A program made the translations under genes and the position numbers. This document shows, one piece after another, positions 20,801 through 31,686 of a stretch of 64,000 nt of DNA. Position 1 is the first letter of the stretch. Each line of letters opens with the position of its first letter. Source of the DNA: an uncultured Gammaproteobacteria bacterium. Lineage in GTDB: Bacteria > Patescibacteriota > Microgenomatia > CAZETR01 > Amesbacteraceae. Location of the stretch: positions 267,046 to 331,045 of the forward strand of contig CAZFGX010000001.1 of NCBI GenBank assembly GCA_964518565.1. Direction: 5' to 3'. The notes under the pieces are model-generated. The model did not search any database. It was given only the letters and a program-made list of their open reading frames with translations, and was not told where the DNA came from.

Positions 20801-21948
20801 GATTTATATTTTGGTCAATGGCCTCGCAGGGTGAAGGAATATCGGGTGGAGATAGAATATATATTGAATTTGCAAAAAATTGGTCTAAAAATTTCGAGAT
20901 AGATATTATAACTTGGAAAGAAGGTATAAATATGATGAAAAGAAATGATTTGCTTCCGAACAGAAAAATTCATATCCATACTTTAAATAACAATAAACAT
21001 ATGGAATATATACCTAGAATTATTCATTCAATAAAGTATGCAATAAATTTAAAACTAGATCCAACAGAAAAGATCTTTGTTTATATGTCGTCTGAATTTT
21101 GGATGGATTGCTTTGGGGGTGTGATTGTTAAATATAGATATCCTCAAATTTCACTAGTTGCCACATGGTATCAAACTGCCCCAAATCCCTTGAATGGATT
21201 TGGAAAGAACAGGTATAGATTCAAATCTATACCCTATTGGTTTGTGCAACAAATATCCAAACCCCTTATTAGAAAATATGCTGACATAGTTTTTGTAAAT
21301 AACGATTTAGAAAAAAAAGAATTTTTAGAAAAAAAAACTATATCAGTTTTAGGTGCAGTAAATATACCAAAAATAATTAGTGAAAAAAAAATGAAACCAT
21401 CTATTAAAAAATATGAGGCAGTTTTCCAAGGCAGATTTCACCCTCAAAAAGGAGTAGAAGAGTTAATTGATATTTGGTCAAGGGTAGTAAAAAGAATGCC
21501 AAACGCAAGGTTGTGCATGATAGGGGATGGGGAATTGAAAACAAGCGTAGTAAAAAAAATAAGGGAAAAAAAACTAGAAAATAACATAGAATTAAAAGGG
21601 TATGTTTTTGACGGTGATAAGAAAAATCAACTATTCTCGCAGAGTAAGTTAGTCTTACATCCTGCATATTACGATAGTGGAGGTATGGCCTCAGCAGAAG
21701 CAATGATTTTTGGATTGCCGTGTATCGCATTTGATCTACCTGCCTATGATATGTATTATCCAGTTGGAATGATAAAGATACCCACAGGTAATTTAGATGA
21801 GTTTGCAAATAAAGTATATGAATTACTAATGGATAAAAAAATAAGAAATAGAATTGGCAGACAGGGTGCTGAATATATTAAAAAACATTCCACATGGAAA
21901 ATTCGTTCAGAAGAGATATTAAAAAAAATGACTAACAATGAAGACTAA
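20797..21948 (+). CDS. GT4 glycosyltransferase
   Basis: ISGGD, GRFHPQKG, YDSGGMASAE. Confidence 0.88.
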   Translation: MRFIFWSMASQGEGISGGDRIYIEFAKNWSKNFEIDIITWKEGINMMKRNDLLPNRKIHIHTLNNNKHMEYIPRIIHSIKYAINLKLDPTEKIFVYMSSEFWMDCFGGVIVKYRYPQISLVATWYQTAPNPLNGFGKNRYRFKSIPYWFVQQISKPLIRKYADIVFVNNDLEKKEFLEKKTISVLGAVNIPKIISEKKMKPSIKKYEAVFQGRFHPQKGVEELIDIWSRVVKRMPNARLCMIGDGELKTSVVKKIREKKLENNIELKGYVFDGDKKNQLFSQSKLVLHPAYYDSGGMASAEAMIFGLPCIAFDLPAYDMYYPVGMIKIPTGNLDEFANKVYELLMDKKIRNRIGRQGAEYIKKHSTWKIRSEEILKKMTNNED

Positions 21949-22963
21949 ATTAGTTACTGTAATAATAGTTAATTTCAACGGAAAAGAGTGGTTGAAAGGG
22001 TTGTTACCAAACTTAACAAATCAAACATACAAAAATATTCAAATAATTATTGTAGACAATAACTCTTCCGACGAATCAACTAACTATGTCACAACATGTT
22101 ATAAAAGTATAAAGCTGATTTCTTGTAAAAAAAATGAAGGATTTGCTGCGGGGAACAATATGGGTATCGAAAAAGCAGATGGAGAATATATCATTTTGTT
22201 GAATAATGACACATGGGTACCGAAAGATTACGTAGAAAATTTTATTAGAGTGTTTGATAAATATCCAAACTGCGGGATTGCACAGTCAAAAATATTATTT
22301 ATGAATGAGTCAAAAAAAATAGATAGTTGCGGTTCATTTCTGACATCATGGGGGTTTCAATATTATATTGGCAACAATAAGTCATCAAACCTTAAGAAAT
22401 ATAACAAACCATTTAAAATATTTTCCGTTAAAGGGGCTTCGATGATATTTAAAAAATCAATTTTAATTAAAATAGATATGTTTAACACTGATTATTGGAG
22501 CTATTATGAAGAAACTGATCTTTGTCACCGTGCCCTTATGCAAAACTATGAAATAATGTATTGGCCTGAAACATATATATTACATGCTATTGGTGGAACA
22601 TCAACAAAATTTCCGAATAAAAAAATTCAATTTCATAATTATAAAAATAAAATGAATAGTCTAATCACAAATTTAGAAACATACACTTTATTCAAAATAC
22701 TACCAAAGTTTATTTTTCTAAATATTTTGATTAGTTTTGTTTGGATTTTAAGAGGTCAGTTTGGCAATTCGATGTCAATATATAAAGCATTTTTTTGGAT
22801 ATTAAATAATTTAAGAAAAATTTATTTACAACGTATTCGTATTCAATCAAATCGGAAGGTTAATGATGGAACACTATTTAAAGAATATATGAAATTTCCG
22901 TCAATTAAATACTATTATTATTTATTAAATAATAATTTAAATAAATATTCGGATCAAATATGA
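21938..22963 (+). CDS. GT2 glycosyltransferase (WbbL/RfbF-like subgroup)
   Basis: VIIVNFNG, DNNSSD, GFAAGNN, LLNND, YYEETD. Confidence 0.9.
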   Translation: MKTKLVTVIIVNFNGKEWLKGLLPNLTNQTYKNIQIIIVDNNSSDESTNYVTTCYKSIKLISCKKNEGFAAGNNMGIEKADGEYIILLNNDTWVPKDYVENFIRVFDKYPNCGIAQSKILFMNESKKIDSCGSFLTSWGFQYYIGNNKSSNLKKYNKPFKIFSVKGASMIFKKSILIKIDMFNTDYWSYYEETDLCHRALMQNYEIMYWPETYILHAIGGTSTKFPNKKIQFHNYKNKMNSLITNLETYTLFKILPKFIFLNILISFVWILRGQFGNSMSIYKAFFWILNNLRKIYLQRIRIQSNRKVNDGTLFKEYMKFPSIKYYYYLLNNNLNKYSDQI

Positions 22964-23646
22964 AAAAATATAATATAAACTATTATAAAAGACATGTAAA
23001 AGGCCATTTAGAAATATTGTATTTAAAAATAATTTTTACATTAAGAAGGAAAGAAATCGAAAAATTTCTTTCTAATAAAACAAAAAAATTGATATTAGAT
23101 ATTGGATGCGGAGACGGAGGATTTTTATCAGTATTTAATAATCATGAATATGAGATTATGGGAATCGATCATTATTTGCCCAAGATAAATCAGAATTTTA
23201 AGACAATTAGAGGAGATTTTGCAAAATATAAATTTAATCAAAAATTTGACATAATAACTGCAAACCATGTAATTGAGCATGTCGATGATTCTAATAAATT
23301 TATTCGAAAAGTCTCAAATATAATAAAACCCGGAGGAATATTTGCAATTTCAACTCCTAATAGAAATAGCTTCGGCTCGCGAATTGGAAAAAAAGATTGG
23401 TATCATGCTGATACTAAATTTCACAAACATATATACACTCAAGCCGAACTTATTTCAGTTTTATGTTCAAACGGTTTTGTAATTCTTGAATCTCATGGTG
23501 AATTTCCAGGGTTTCCATTTGATATTTATCGCACATATCTTAAAAAGGGTATTTTGTGGATTTTTACATTGCCGCTATTTCAGATATTAAAATTTATTAA
23601 TCCAGAGACGTTCGTAATAATATGCAAAAAGCAATACGATTACTAA
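22960..23646 (+). CDS. Class I SAM-dependent methyltransferase
   Basis: LDIGCGDG, HVIEHV, IKPGG, STPN. Confidence 0.9.
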   Translation: MKKYNINYYKRHVKGHLEILYLKIIFTLRRKEIEKFLSNKTKKLILDIGCGDGGFLSVFNNHEYEIMGIDHYLPKINQNFKTIRGDFAKYKFNQKFDIITANHVIEHVDDSNKFIRKVSNIIKPGGIFAISTPNRNSFGSRIGKKDWYHADTKFHKHIYTQAELISVLCSNGFVILESHGEFPGFPFDIYRTYLKKGILWIFTLPLFQILKFINPETFVIICKKQYDY

Positions 23647-25538
23647 TACCAGTCATCCTTTTAATATGCCCGCTTTTATTGTGGGGGAATAGATTTATAG
23701 TAGGGGGGGATGATTCTAAACTTTACTATGCATACCCAGAACTATATATAAAGAACTTTGCGTTAAATTTAGAGCAGAACAATACTTTATCAGGTGCCCA
23801 AACTGGTTATCAGCCTTTATCATATTTTATTCCCCTTTTGCTGGCAATTAAGTTTTTAAAATTTATACCTATTCTAAATCCTCAAATGATTCTATATGGA
23901 ATTAACCTATCTTTAGGATATTTAGGATTTTTGTCATTTCTGAAACAGTTAACTAAAAAATATCCACCAATAACATCAGGGCTACTATATATAACATCAT
24001 CTTTGCTAGGGCAAACTCTGTATGCACATCAATTACCATCAATTTATCTTGTTGGTACATGTCCGTGGATATTATTTTTTTTGTTAAAGTCAGTTGAATA
24101 TAACAAAAAACATTTTGCAATAATTTCAGCTGCCATTGCTTCTGTCGGAAGTAGTACGCTACTAACCCTGCCTTGGTCTATGGCGTTTATTGTAGGTTCA
24201 CTACCGCTGTTTATTTGGATGTTGGCTAAATATAAATTAATTTTATGTAAACATATCACAGTTTTTGTTTTTTCATTTTTGGTAATTAATACTTATTGGA
24301 TTGCTCCATATATTGATTCACAAATTTTTTCAAAAAAAAACGCTTTAATTAATTCATATTCCGGACAAAGTTTTATTAATGAAAATGTCAGAATAGTAGC
24401 TGGCGTTAGTAATTTATACCAACCAATAAATATTTTCTCTCAACAATTACAGCCGACATCTTCATACCTTTTAAAATTTATATTATCGGCCAGTGTATGT
24501 AGCATATTGATAATAAAAGGAATAAAAAAAAACAATTCAAAATTGGTATACATCTCATTTTTAGCTTTAATTTTAAATTTATTTTTAATTTCTCCAGGAG
24601 TGAGTTCATATGGAGTAAAAATATTCATTTGGTTAACAAAAAATATTCCATTTTGGGGTATGTTCAGAAATATGTATGATAAATTTTCTTTACCACTTAG
24701 TTTTTGGTTTGCAACATGTGCAGGAATTGCTATTCAATTTACAACAAACAAACTTAAAAAAGTATTTTTGACTATTTTATCCTGTCTGTCTGTACTATTT
24801 TCAATTAAGGACTATATACCTAATTTAAAGTTAATGAATGGATCGCGTGCATATTTCACTGGAAATTTCAGTTCTGACTTTGTTGATTTAGTAAGTTATT
24901 TATCTAAAAAAAATGATGGTAGAGTTATGTGGCTTCCTTTAAACTATCCGGCGTATTCATCAATTCAAGATAGCCAAGGAAATATATACTACGGTCCATC
25001 CCCTTTAAGAGAAATGGCAAATATTGATGACTTCACAGGAAGATTTAGTTTTCTTACATCAAATAACGTTGATTGGGGTAATAGGATAATTTCAGACATC
25101 CTTAAAAAAGATTATTCTTCATTAAAATCAGCAATTAATTTATTAAATATTAAGTACATTATTATTAATAATTTGGAGTTGAACAAAGAAATGTCGGAGT
25201 TTTTTTATGGTGGGGTAGAACAACAAATACTTTCAGCGCAGAATGGTGACTATATACAAAATATAGTAGGAGAAAAAATTACATCATTTGGAAATTTTGA
25301 TGTATATAAAGTATCAAAAGAAATCGAAAATAAAAATCCAAATTTTGTTTCCATTGCCTACTCTTCACACTGGATAAGTAGTAAATCAGGTGAACAGCTC
25401 TTACCGAGAAAAACATTCGGTATGATTTCAGAAAACAAAGATATCAAATTCAAATTGCCTGTTGTTATACCGTTCATTACGATCATATCCTTATTACTAT
25501 TTATACCTGGGTTTGTAATATGCTACCAAAAAAAATAG
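23622..25538 (+). CDS. GT-C-like membrane glycosyltransferase
   Basis: TM1-GGDDSKLYY loop, multiple TMs, MFRNMYDKF. Confidence 0.65.
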   Translation: MQKAIRLLIPVILLICPLLLWGNRFIVGGDDSKLYYAYPELYIKNFALNLEQNNTLSGAQTGYQPLSYFIPLLLAIKFLKFIPILNPQMILYGINLSLGYLGFLSFLKQLTKKYPPITSGLLYITSSLLGQTLYAHQLPSIYLVGTCPWILFFLLKSVEYNKKHFAIISAAIASVGSSTLLTLPWSMAFIVGSLPLFIWMLAKYKLILCKHITVFVFSFLVINTYWIAPYIDSQIFSKKNALINSYSGQSFINENVRIVAGVSNLYQPINIFSQQLQPTSSYLLKFILSASVCSILIIKGIKKNNSKLVYISFLALILNLFLISPGVSSYGVKIFIWLTKNIPFWGMFRNMYDKFSLPLSFWFATCAGIAIQFTTNKLKKVFLTILSCLSVLFSIKDYIPNLKLMNGSRAYFTGNFSSDFVDLVSYLSKKNDGRVMWLPLNYPAYSSIQDSQGNIYYGPSPLREMANIDDFTGRFSFLTSNNVDWGNRIISDILKKDYSSLKSAINLLNIKYIIINNLELNKEMSEFFYGGVEQQILSAQNGDYIQNIVGEKITSFGNFDVYKVSKEIENKNPNFVSIAYSSHWISSKSGEQLLPRKTFGMISENKDIKFKLPVVIPFITIISLLLFIPGFVICYQKK

Positions 25539-28402
25539 CGTTTATAGGGGTTATTTTTCTGTACTCCTTGGTAATAAATTTGTCTATATACAATCCTGGT
25601 ATTTTTATCCTATCAAGACATATACTGTCATATCGTGAATCAAAAATTATTAACATACAGAAATATGAATCAGGTATAGAATTTTCTTTACCGGTATCAA
25701 GACCTTATTTGGGAATCATAGAGTTAGAGGTTCCGAAGGTTAAAGATCCAAATAGTGAAATAATTTTCACCTTTGAAAACGAAGATAAATCAATTTTAGC
25801 TCAGTCAAAATTTCAATATTTTCAAATAAAAGATACAAATCCGTACCCGTTAGGTATTCCGGTTAAAAATAACTCTGAAAATAAAAAACTCACGATTAAA
25901 ATTTCCTTTAACACTGTTCAAAATGGGGGTTACGACAAAAATCAAATTCAAACTTCTTTAACATATATCTATCCCAAATCGATACTTTTACATCCTAAAT
26001 ATTTACTAGACACGATAAAAACGAATTTTGAAATTATATTCCCTTCAAGCGGTTCGGTTGCTTTATTAATTGTAAGCGCAATTGTTGCGGTTTATATCGC
26101 AGTTTACGGATCAAAACATAGTGATATATTGCCAATTGTAGTACTAGTAGCCGTTGGAATTTGTTCTGTCTTAAAAGAAAAAAATATAGCTGATAAATTA
26201 TTGATATATTTTTATATTTCAATAATTGCTTCAATATCGTTAAAAATTTTTAAAGAATTTATTAATAAATACAAAATTAAATCAGCAAATAAATCGGTAA
26301 TTATATCAACTATTACAATATTTATTGTGCTAATTTCATTTAGTTCGTGGTATTTTTTAGGGGGTGATGAAACAAGAATTTATTATTTATATCCAGAAAA
26401 ATATTTGTCAAATTATGTATCAAACATTATTGAAAATACAACCCCAAGCAATATTTCAATGTATGTTCCAGTAAATGCGCTTAGACTATTCGTTTTGTGC
26501 ATTAAAATTCAAAAATTTATTTTACCGTTTGTTAACACACAAATATTTTTATTTTGCATAAACTTGCTAATAGCGTTAATTGCATTCTACAAAATGTGTA
26601 GTTTGTACATCAAACGCTCGTCTTATAGCATGATATTGTGTGGTTCAGGGGCATTTTTATATGTTTTTTCTATATTTAATGCATATACAATATTTAATTC
26701 CCAAAACTATTCGCAATATTTACTATCAATTTTTCCAGTCACGTTTATTCTTCTACGAAAATTTTTAGACACAAAAAAATATATTTATATCGGAATAATT
26801 ACAGCAATATATTTTATTATTCCGATATACCCACTGATTCCAATATTAGGGGCATTAATAATTGGATTTTTACCAGTGTTTATTCAGTGGATATATTTGT
26901 ATAAAAAAACTTTCTTCACTACAGTATTTTTACTGTCAATAACGATAACTGCTACAAATATTCACTGGTTGGGCCATTTAATAATTCAGCAAACAAATAG
27001 AAATTTAATTCAAACGAACAATACAATCTTCAATATAGGAGACAAAAAGCAGAACAGCGACGCTATAATTTCAACATCCAAACAGTTAAACCCTATCTAT
27101 CCATTTTTACATTTATATCCATATGATGTACAAAAAAATTTAAACTGGCCACAATTATCGGTATATGAATCGTGGTACTTAAATATAGCTCCATTTAATT
27201 TCATATTTATAGTAATAATACTTGTAGGTTTATACGAAAATATACGCCTAAGAAAAAATCTGAGCATCTATATCTCATTTGTTTTTGTGATCTTTTATTT
27301 TTGTGGAAATCTTGGATTTATCAAACCAAACTTTTTTGCAGGTCTTGTTACTAGTCATACTGTTTTGCTGATGTTTAGAAATATGTATGACAAGTTTGCC
27401 CTCCCTTTGGCTTTAATCTATGCATTATGTTTGACTATTTCATTGGATGTTATTCTGAGGAAATATTCAAGTATTCAGATTCAAAAAACCATAATATGTA
27501 CTATTTGTATCCTTATTTTCTTGAATATTTTTCCTGTTATTGATGGAAGGTTCCAATCTTTGCCAATATGGGGTACTTCATCATCGTATTCATACATATC
27601 AAAATTTAATCGAGACTACATAAATTTGGCAAAAGAAGTCGAATCCCTACCTTTAAAAACAAAAATAATCACTCTACCTTTAAGTGAAGGTAATTTAGCA
27701 GTAATTGATGATGATTTTGTTAAAAAGCATTATTACGTTGGAGTCTCCCCAATGCTAATTCTGTCAGGAAAAAATGATGTATCCGGTTTTTTAAGTTTTG
27801 GAGTTAATAAAAACCTGGCTGAAAATCTTATTGAGTCAAAACAATTCAAAGAGTTCGGATATTTGCTTAAACAGCTAGGGATTACTCATATAGTAATGTT
27901 CAATAACCTTCCCAAAGAAATTAAATATAGCAATATTTTTACTCCTAAACATTTGTCATCAACAGACATGTTGTTTAATACATTAGTGGGCAAAAAAATT
28001 AAATCATTTGGAAATCGTTACTCATTATATGAGATAAAAGATGAATTTAAAGGCAGTTTTTTTACTGTAGACGGTAACCCAGTTGAATTTAATCAAATTG
28101 CAAAATCCAAATATTTATTAGAGGTGCCAATTACTTCAAAATCAGTAAAACTATCAGAATATATAAACCCATTTTGGACACTTGAAATAGATAAAAAAAG
28201 ACTTAGGCCAGAAGCAGATAATACATTTGGTATGAATTGGACCCTGCCTACATCAATAAAAAATAAAACTATAGTGGTGAATTTTTTACCTCAAATGAGC
28301 GTTCTTCCATTTTGGATGATGTCTTTCGTTGGCTGGATAACTATAATCATCATATATATTTATTATGAAAAAAAATATAAAAAAAACCGTACCACTAATT
28401 GA
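25520..28402 (+). CDS. GT-C-like membrane glycosyltransferase with N-terminal extension (paralogue of upstream gene)
   Basis: GGDETRIYY and MFRNMYDKF shared with 23622..25538; extra ~260-aa N-terminal module. Confidence 0.65.
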   Translation: MLPKKIAFIGVIFLYSLVINLSIYNPGIFILSRHILSYRESKIINIQKYESGIEFSLPVSRPYLGIIELEVPKVKDPNSEIIFTFENEDKSILAQSKFQYFQIKDTNPYPLGIPVKNNSENKKLTIKISFNTVQNGGYDKNQIQTSLTYIYPKSILLHPKYLLDTIKTNFEIIFPSSGSVALLIVSAIVAVYIAVYGSKHSDILPIVVLVAVGICSVLKEKNIADKLLIYFYISIIASISLKIFKEFINKYKIKSANKSVIISTITIFIVLISFSSWYFLGGDETRIYYLYPEKYLSNYVSNIIENTTPSNISMYVPVNALRLFVLCIKIQKFILPFVNTQIFLFCINLLIALIAFYKMCSLYIKRSSYSMILCGSGAFLYVFSIFNAYTIFNSQNYSQYLLSIFPVTFILLRKFLDTKKYIYIGIITAIYFIIPIYPLIPILGALIIGFLPVFIQWIYLYKKTFFTTVFLLSITITATNIHWLGHLIIQQTNRNLIQTNNTIFNIGDKKQNSDAIISTSKQLNPIYPFLHLYPYDVQKNLNWPQLSVYESWYLNIAPFNFIFIVIILVGLYENIRLRKNLSIYISFVFVIFYFCGNLGFIKPNFFAGLVTSHTVLLMFRNMYDKFALPLALIYALCLTISLDVILRKYSSIQIQKTIICTICILIFLNIFPVIDGRFQSLPIWGTSSSYSYISKFNRDYINLAKEVESLPLKTKIITLPLSEGNLAVIDDDFVKKHYYVGVSPMLILSGKNDVSGFLSFGVNKNLAENLIESKQFKEFGYLLKQLGITHIVMFNNLPKEIKYSNIFTPKHLSSTDMLFNTLVGKKIKSFGNRYSLYEIKDEFKGSFFTVDGNPVEFNQIAKSKYLLEVPITSKSVKLSEYINPFWTLEIDKKRLRPEADNTFGMNWTLPTSIKNKTIVVNFLPQMSVLPFWMMSFVGWITIIIIYIYYEKKYKKNRTTN

Positions 28403-28535
28403 ATATATATGTTTTGTTATCTGTCTATGTGGTTTGGTATTAGCAACAAACTTTAAAAAAAACTACACAATATATTTTGAATTTTTAATTATTGCATGCC
28501 TTGTCATTCTATTAGTCAGATATAGAAAAAAATAA
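28365..28535 (+). CDS. Small two-TM membrane protein (56 aa), not in the ORF track
   Basis: Hand translation MKKNIKKTVPLIEYICFVICLCGLVLATNFKKNYTIYFEFLIIACLVILLVRYRKK*; fills the only gap in this part of the operon. Confidence 0.6.
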   Translation: MKKNIKKTVPLIEYICFVICLCGLVLATNFKKNYTIYFEFLIIACLVILLVRYRKK

Positions 28536-28540
28536 TAAAT

Positions 28541-31069
28541 ATGTTTGGCGCTCACGATTTGCCATATTTATACCCCGAGCAGGTAAAATCTTTTTTCCAA
28601 TTACCCATGATCTGGTCAGAAAAAAATCATGAGGCATTTGGTTTATACAATGTATCCATTTTATGGAATTGGCCAATTGAGTTTTTGTATGGATTGGGTG
28701 GCCGTATAGGAATTGACTATAATTTATTAATAATTCTATTTGGTTTGTTACCCTTTGTTGTATTCGGTTCAACGGGTCTTTATAGATTATTATCAGAATA
28801 TAAACTTAGTAAAAAAACTATAACAGTTACGATTATATTTTTTTTGCTAAATCCATTTACTCTATTGTTAATCGATGGCGGCCAATTAAACTTAGCAGTT
28901 GCATATGCACTTTTGCCATTAGCATTTAGTTATAGAAAAAATCTTAAAAATTTCTTGTGGACTTGTGTTGCAATTTCCATCTTTGATTTAAGAATCATTC
29001 TTTTTCTTGAGATGTTGCTCGGCGCAAGAGCTATTTTATCACCGTCAGAAATTAAACCAATTTTTAAAAATGTATTTTTATCTTTAATAGTTCTATTCAT
29101 CTGTCATTTATACTGGATACTGCCTGCAGCTATTGTTAAGTTACCCTCCCTTCCCGAGTCATATACTGAATCTTCACAAATCGACACATTAAGTTTTGCA
29201 AAGTTATCTGATTCAATAATCTTTTACCAACCACATTGGCCAAAAAATATTTTTGGTCAATTGACGACTCCTGCAATTGGTCTGATTGTTTTGCCTGTCA
29301 TAGTTTTTTTTGCTCTATTAACAAAAAAAGATAATAACGCTATATCTTATTGGTGTTTCGTTTCAATACTTGGAGTTTTTTTATCAAAAGGCTCAAATCC
29401 TCCACTAATAAATATTTATAAATACTTATTCATAAATATTCCCGGGTTTAATTTATTCAGGGATCCAATTAAGTTTTATATGTTTATTGGATTAGGTTAT
29501 TCAATACTTTTAGCTTTTTCAATTGAGTATATACAACAAAGAAAAAATAAAATTTTCTACTTCCTTGTTGTAATGTATTTATTATTTATATGTGCACCTA
29601 TTATTAAAAATGAATTTACGGGTTTGTTATCGTTGCCACGAAGCATGCAGGGTTATATCTCACTAGCAAATAGTTTGAGCAAATCCTCTCCAGGAAAAAT
29701 AGTATGGATACCCTCTAAGCCTTCTATTGGATATTCAGATGTCAAACACCCTTCGTCTGACGCACTTACCTTTTTAGATAAGCAACCGATAGAGGTAAAT
29801 ATAAAAGGCACGTACGAAACATTAAACTATTTAAGAGAGCCAACAGAAATTGGAAAAGTTTTCCCTGCAATAGGTATTAAATACTTAGCCATAAGTGCAA
29901 TTGACTCGAAAAGAGATAGTACCAAGCCAGAAGATATAAGATATCACCAGTTTTTAATAAATGAAATTATAAAGAATGATTGGACCGAAAAATCTGAATT
30001 ATTTAATGATGTAAATCTTATTCAAGTCAAAACACCTGAAGATTTTTTTTCATTAAAAAGTCAAGTTATTTTTGTAAGTGGATCTCAATATATCTATAAA
30101 TCATTCTCTAGTCTAAAACATACAGGTATAGTTTTTACTGATTTAATACCAGAACTGTCGTTACGGTTAGCAGAATACCCTAGTGCTATCATGTCACATG
30201 AGCATGGCTCAATATCTAATAAAATATCTGGATATATACCTTCTAAAAATTTAATTAAATTAACAGATTTACTAAACGAAACTCCAGATAAAACTGGATG
30301 GTGGAAAAGAAATTCGTCTGAGATTGTTTGGTGGAGGGATTTTCTAAAAAATAAATATAATATTGAAAACTCCGACTTTGATCCAAACCAAGGATGGTCA
30401 ATCTCAGAAGGCGCTCATAAATTAGATTTTAAAACCAAAAATTGTTCGGATTGTTATCTATTTATAAAGGTTTTACAAAGTACTGCCGGTGGTGATATTA
30501 AAATTTATCAAAACAATAAAGAACTAATTAAGCTAAATACAAAAGATGACTCAAACTCCTTTAATTGGTTTAATGTTAGACTAGAATCTGACAAAGATAA
30601 AATAACTCTATCTACTGATGGTGACTTAAATGTCGTAAATACTATAGCAACAATCTCTCAAACACAATTAACTAATTTTAGTGAATATTACCAATCTGCC
30701 ACTATAAATAGTCGAAAAATTTCTCCTCAGACATCTCAGATAAAACTTTTATCAAAGAAAATAAATCCTACATTGTATAAAATAAAAATATCCGGTATTA
30801 AAAATCCCATTATGTTGACCATGTCTCAAAACTATGATTCAAATTGGAGACTATCAGGTCAAAAATCGCTACCTGTTTATGGATTAATTAATGGATTTTC
30901 AATTACAAAAGATGGCGAGTATACTATCGAGTATTATCCTCAAAAATATGTGTATTCAGGGCTAATTATTAGTTTAGTTACCGGAATAATGGTTAGTTCA
31001 CTTAAATTATTTAGAACCTTATGGAAAAGAAAAACTACGATAATTACTTCAAAAAGCATTACAAACTGA
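28541..31069 (+). CDS. Large GT-C-like membrane protein (AftD N-terminal/YfhO-like)
   Basis: AHDLP, SKGSNPP, PGFNLFRDPIKF, large extracellular domain, QNYDSNW...GLINGF, C-terminal TM. Confidence 0.65.
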   Translation: MFGAHDLPYLYPEQVKSFFQLPMIWSEKNHEAFGLYNVSILWNWPIEFLYGLGGRIGIDYNLLIILFGLLPFVVFGSTGLYRLLSEYKLSKKTITVTIIFFLLNPFTLLLIDGGQLNLAVAYALLPLAFSYRKNLKNFLWTCVAISIFDLRIILFLEMLLGARAILSPSEIKPIFKNVFLSLIVLFICHLYWILPAAIVKLPSLPESYTESSQIDTLSFAKLSDSIIFYQPHWPKNIFGQLTTPAIGLIVLPVIVFFALLTKKDNNAISYWCFVSILGVFLSKGSNPPLINIYKYLFINIPGFNLFRDPIKFYMFIGLGYSILLAFSIEYIQQRKNKIFYFLVVMYLLFICAPIIKNEFTGLLSLPRSMQGYISLANSLSKSSPGKIVWIPSKPSIGYSDVKHPSSDALTFLDKQPIEVNIKGTYETLNYLREPTEIGKVFPAIGIKYLAISAIDSKRDSTKPEDIRYHQFLINEIIKNDWTEKSELFNDVNLIQVKTPEDFFSLKSQVIFVSGSQYIYKSFSSLKHTGIVFTDLIPELSLRLAEYPSAIMSHEHGSISNKISGYIPSKNLIKLTDLLNETPDKTGWWKRNSSEIVWWRDFLKNKYNIENSDFDPNQGWSISEGAHKLDFKTKNCSDCYLFIKVLQSTAGGDIKIYQNNKELIKLNTKDDSNSFNWFNVRLESDKDKITLSTDGDLNVVNTIATISQTQLTNFSEYYQSATINSRKISPQTSQIKLLSKKINPTLYKIKISGIKNPIMLTMSQNYDSNWRLSGQKSLPVYGLINGFSITKDGEYTIEYYPQKYVYSGLIISLVTGIMVSSLKLFRTLWKRKTTIITSKSITN

Positions 31070-31686
31070 CATTTTCTCCTCAGGATCTAAAAAAGTCGTC
31101 AAATTGGCTTTATCCCCAATGGTCATTTATATCAAAAAAAGTCTCATTAAGCGACAAAACTCATATTCTGGAAATAGGTTCTGGATATGGCGGTTTTCTA
31201 AATTATTTATTGCCACATATTGATAAAAACAAATATGTAGGGCTAGATTTAGATTCACAGGTTGTAAAATTTACAAATAAAACATTTGACATGAGATCGT
31301 GTAAAAATACTTCGATTGAAGAGTTTAATACAAACAAAAAATTTGATTATATTTTTGCATTTGAAGTGCTCGAACATGTTGAAAATCCCTTAGAAGTTAT
31401 AAAAAAAATCCATAAATTGCTAAAACCTGAGACTGGGATATTTATTGGAACAAGTCCATACCCCTATACGAAAAATGTAATTGCTGACAAAACACATATG
31501 CATGTTTTGCATCCCAAAACTTGGGAAAAATTTTTTCTACTATCAAAATTTACATCAGTGGATACATATCCTATGACATTTATTCCATATTTATGGCGTA
31601 TATCTAAATTTTTAAACCCCCGTATTCCAATATATCTTCCTCAAAAACACATCATATCTACATCGCTTATAATAGCCAAAGTATGA
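31021..31686 (+). CDS. Class I SAM-dependent methyltransferase
   Basis: LEIGSGYG, FEVLEHVENP. Confidence 0.9.
   Translation: MEKKNYDNYFKKHYKLTFSPQDLKKSSNWLYPQWSFISKKVSLSDKTHILEIGSGYGGFLNYLLPHIDKNKYVGLDLDSQVVKFTNKTFDMRSCKNTSIEEFNTNKKFDYIFAFEVLEHVENPLEVIKKIHKLLKPETGIFIGTSPYPYTKNVIADKTHMHVLHPKTWEKFFLLSKFTSVDTYPMTFIPYLWRISKFLNPRIPIYLPQKHIISTSLIIAKV

Noticed and set aside
23703-23709. G7 tract near the 5' end of a GT-C gene as a phase-variation switch
   Set aside because: It encodes the conserved Gly-Gly-Asp motif, the frame is intact and the tract is short; no evidence without reads
28512-28772. 86-aa minus-strand ORF near the operon gap
   Set aside because: It overlaps the GT-C gene antisense; the plus-strand 56-aa TM ORF explains the gap better
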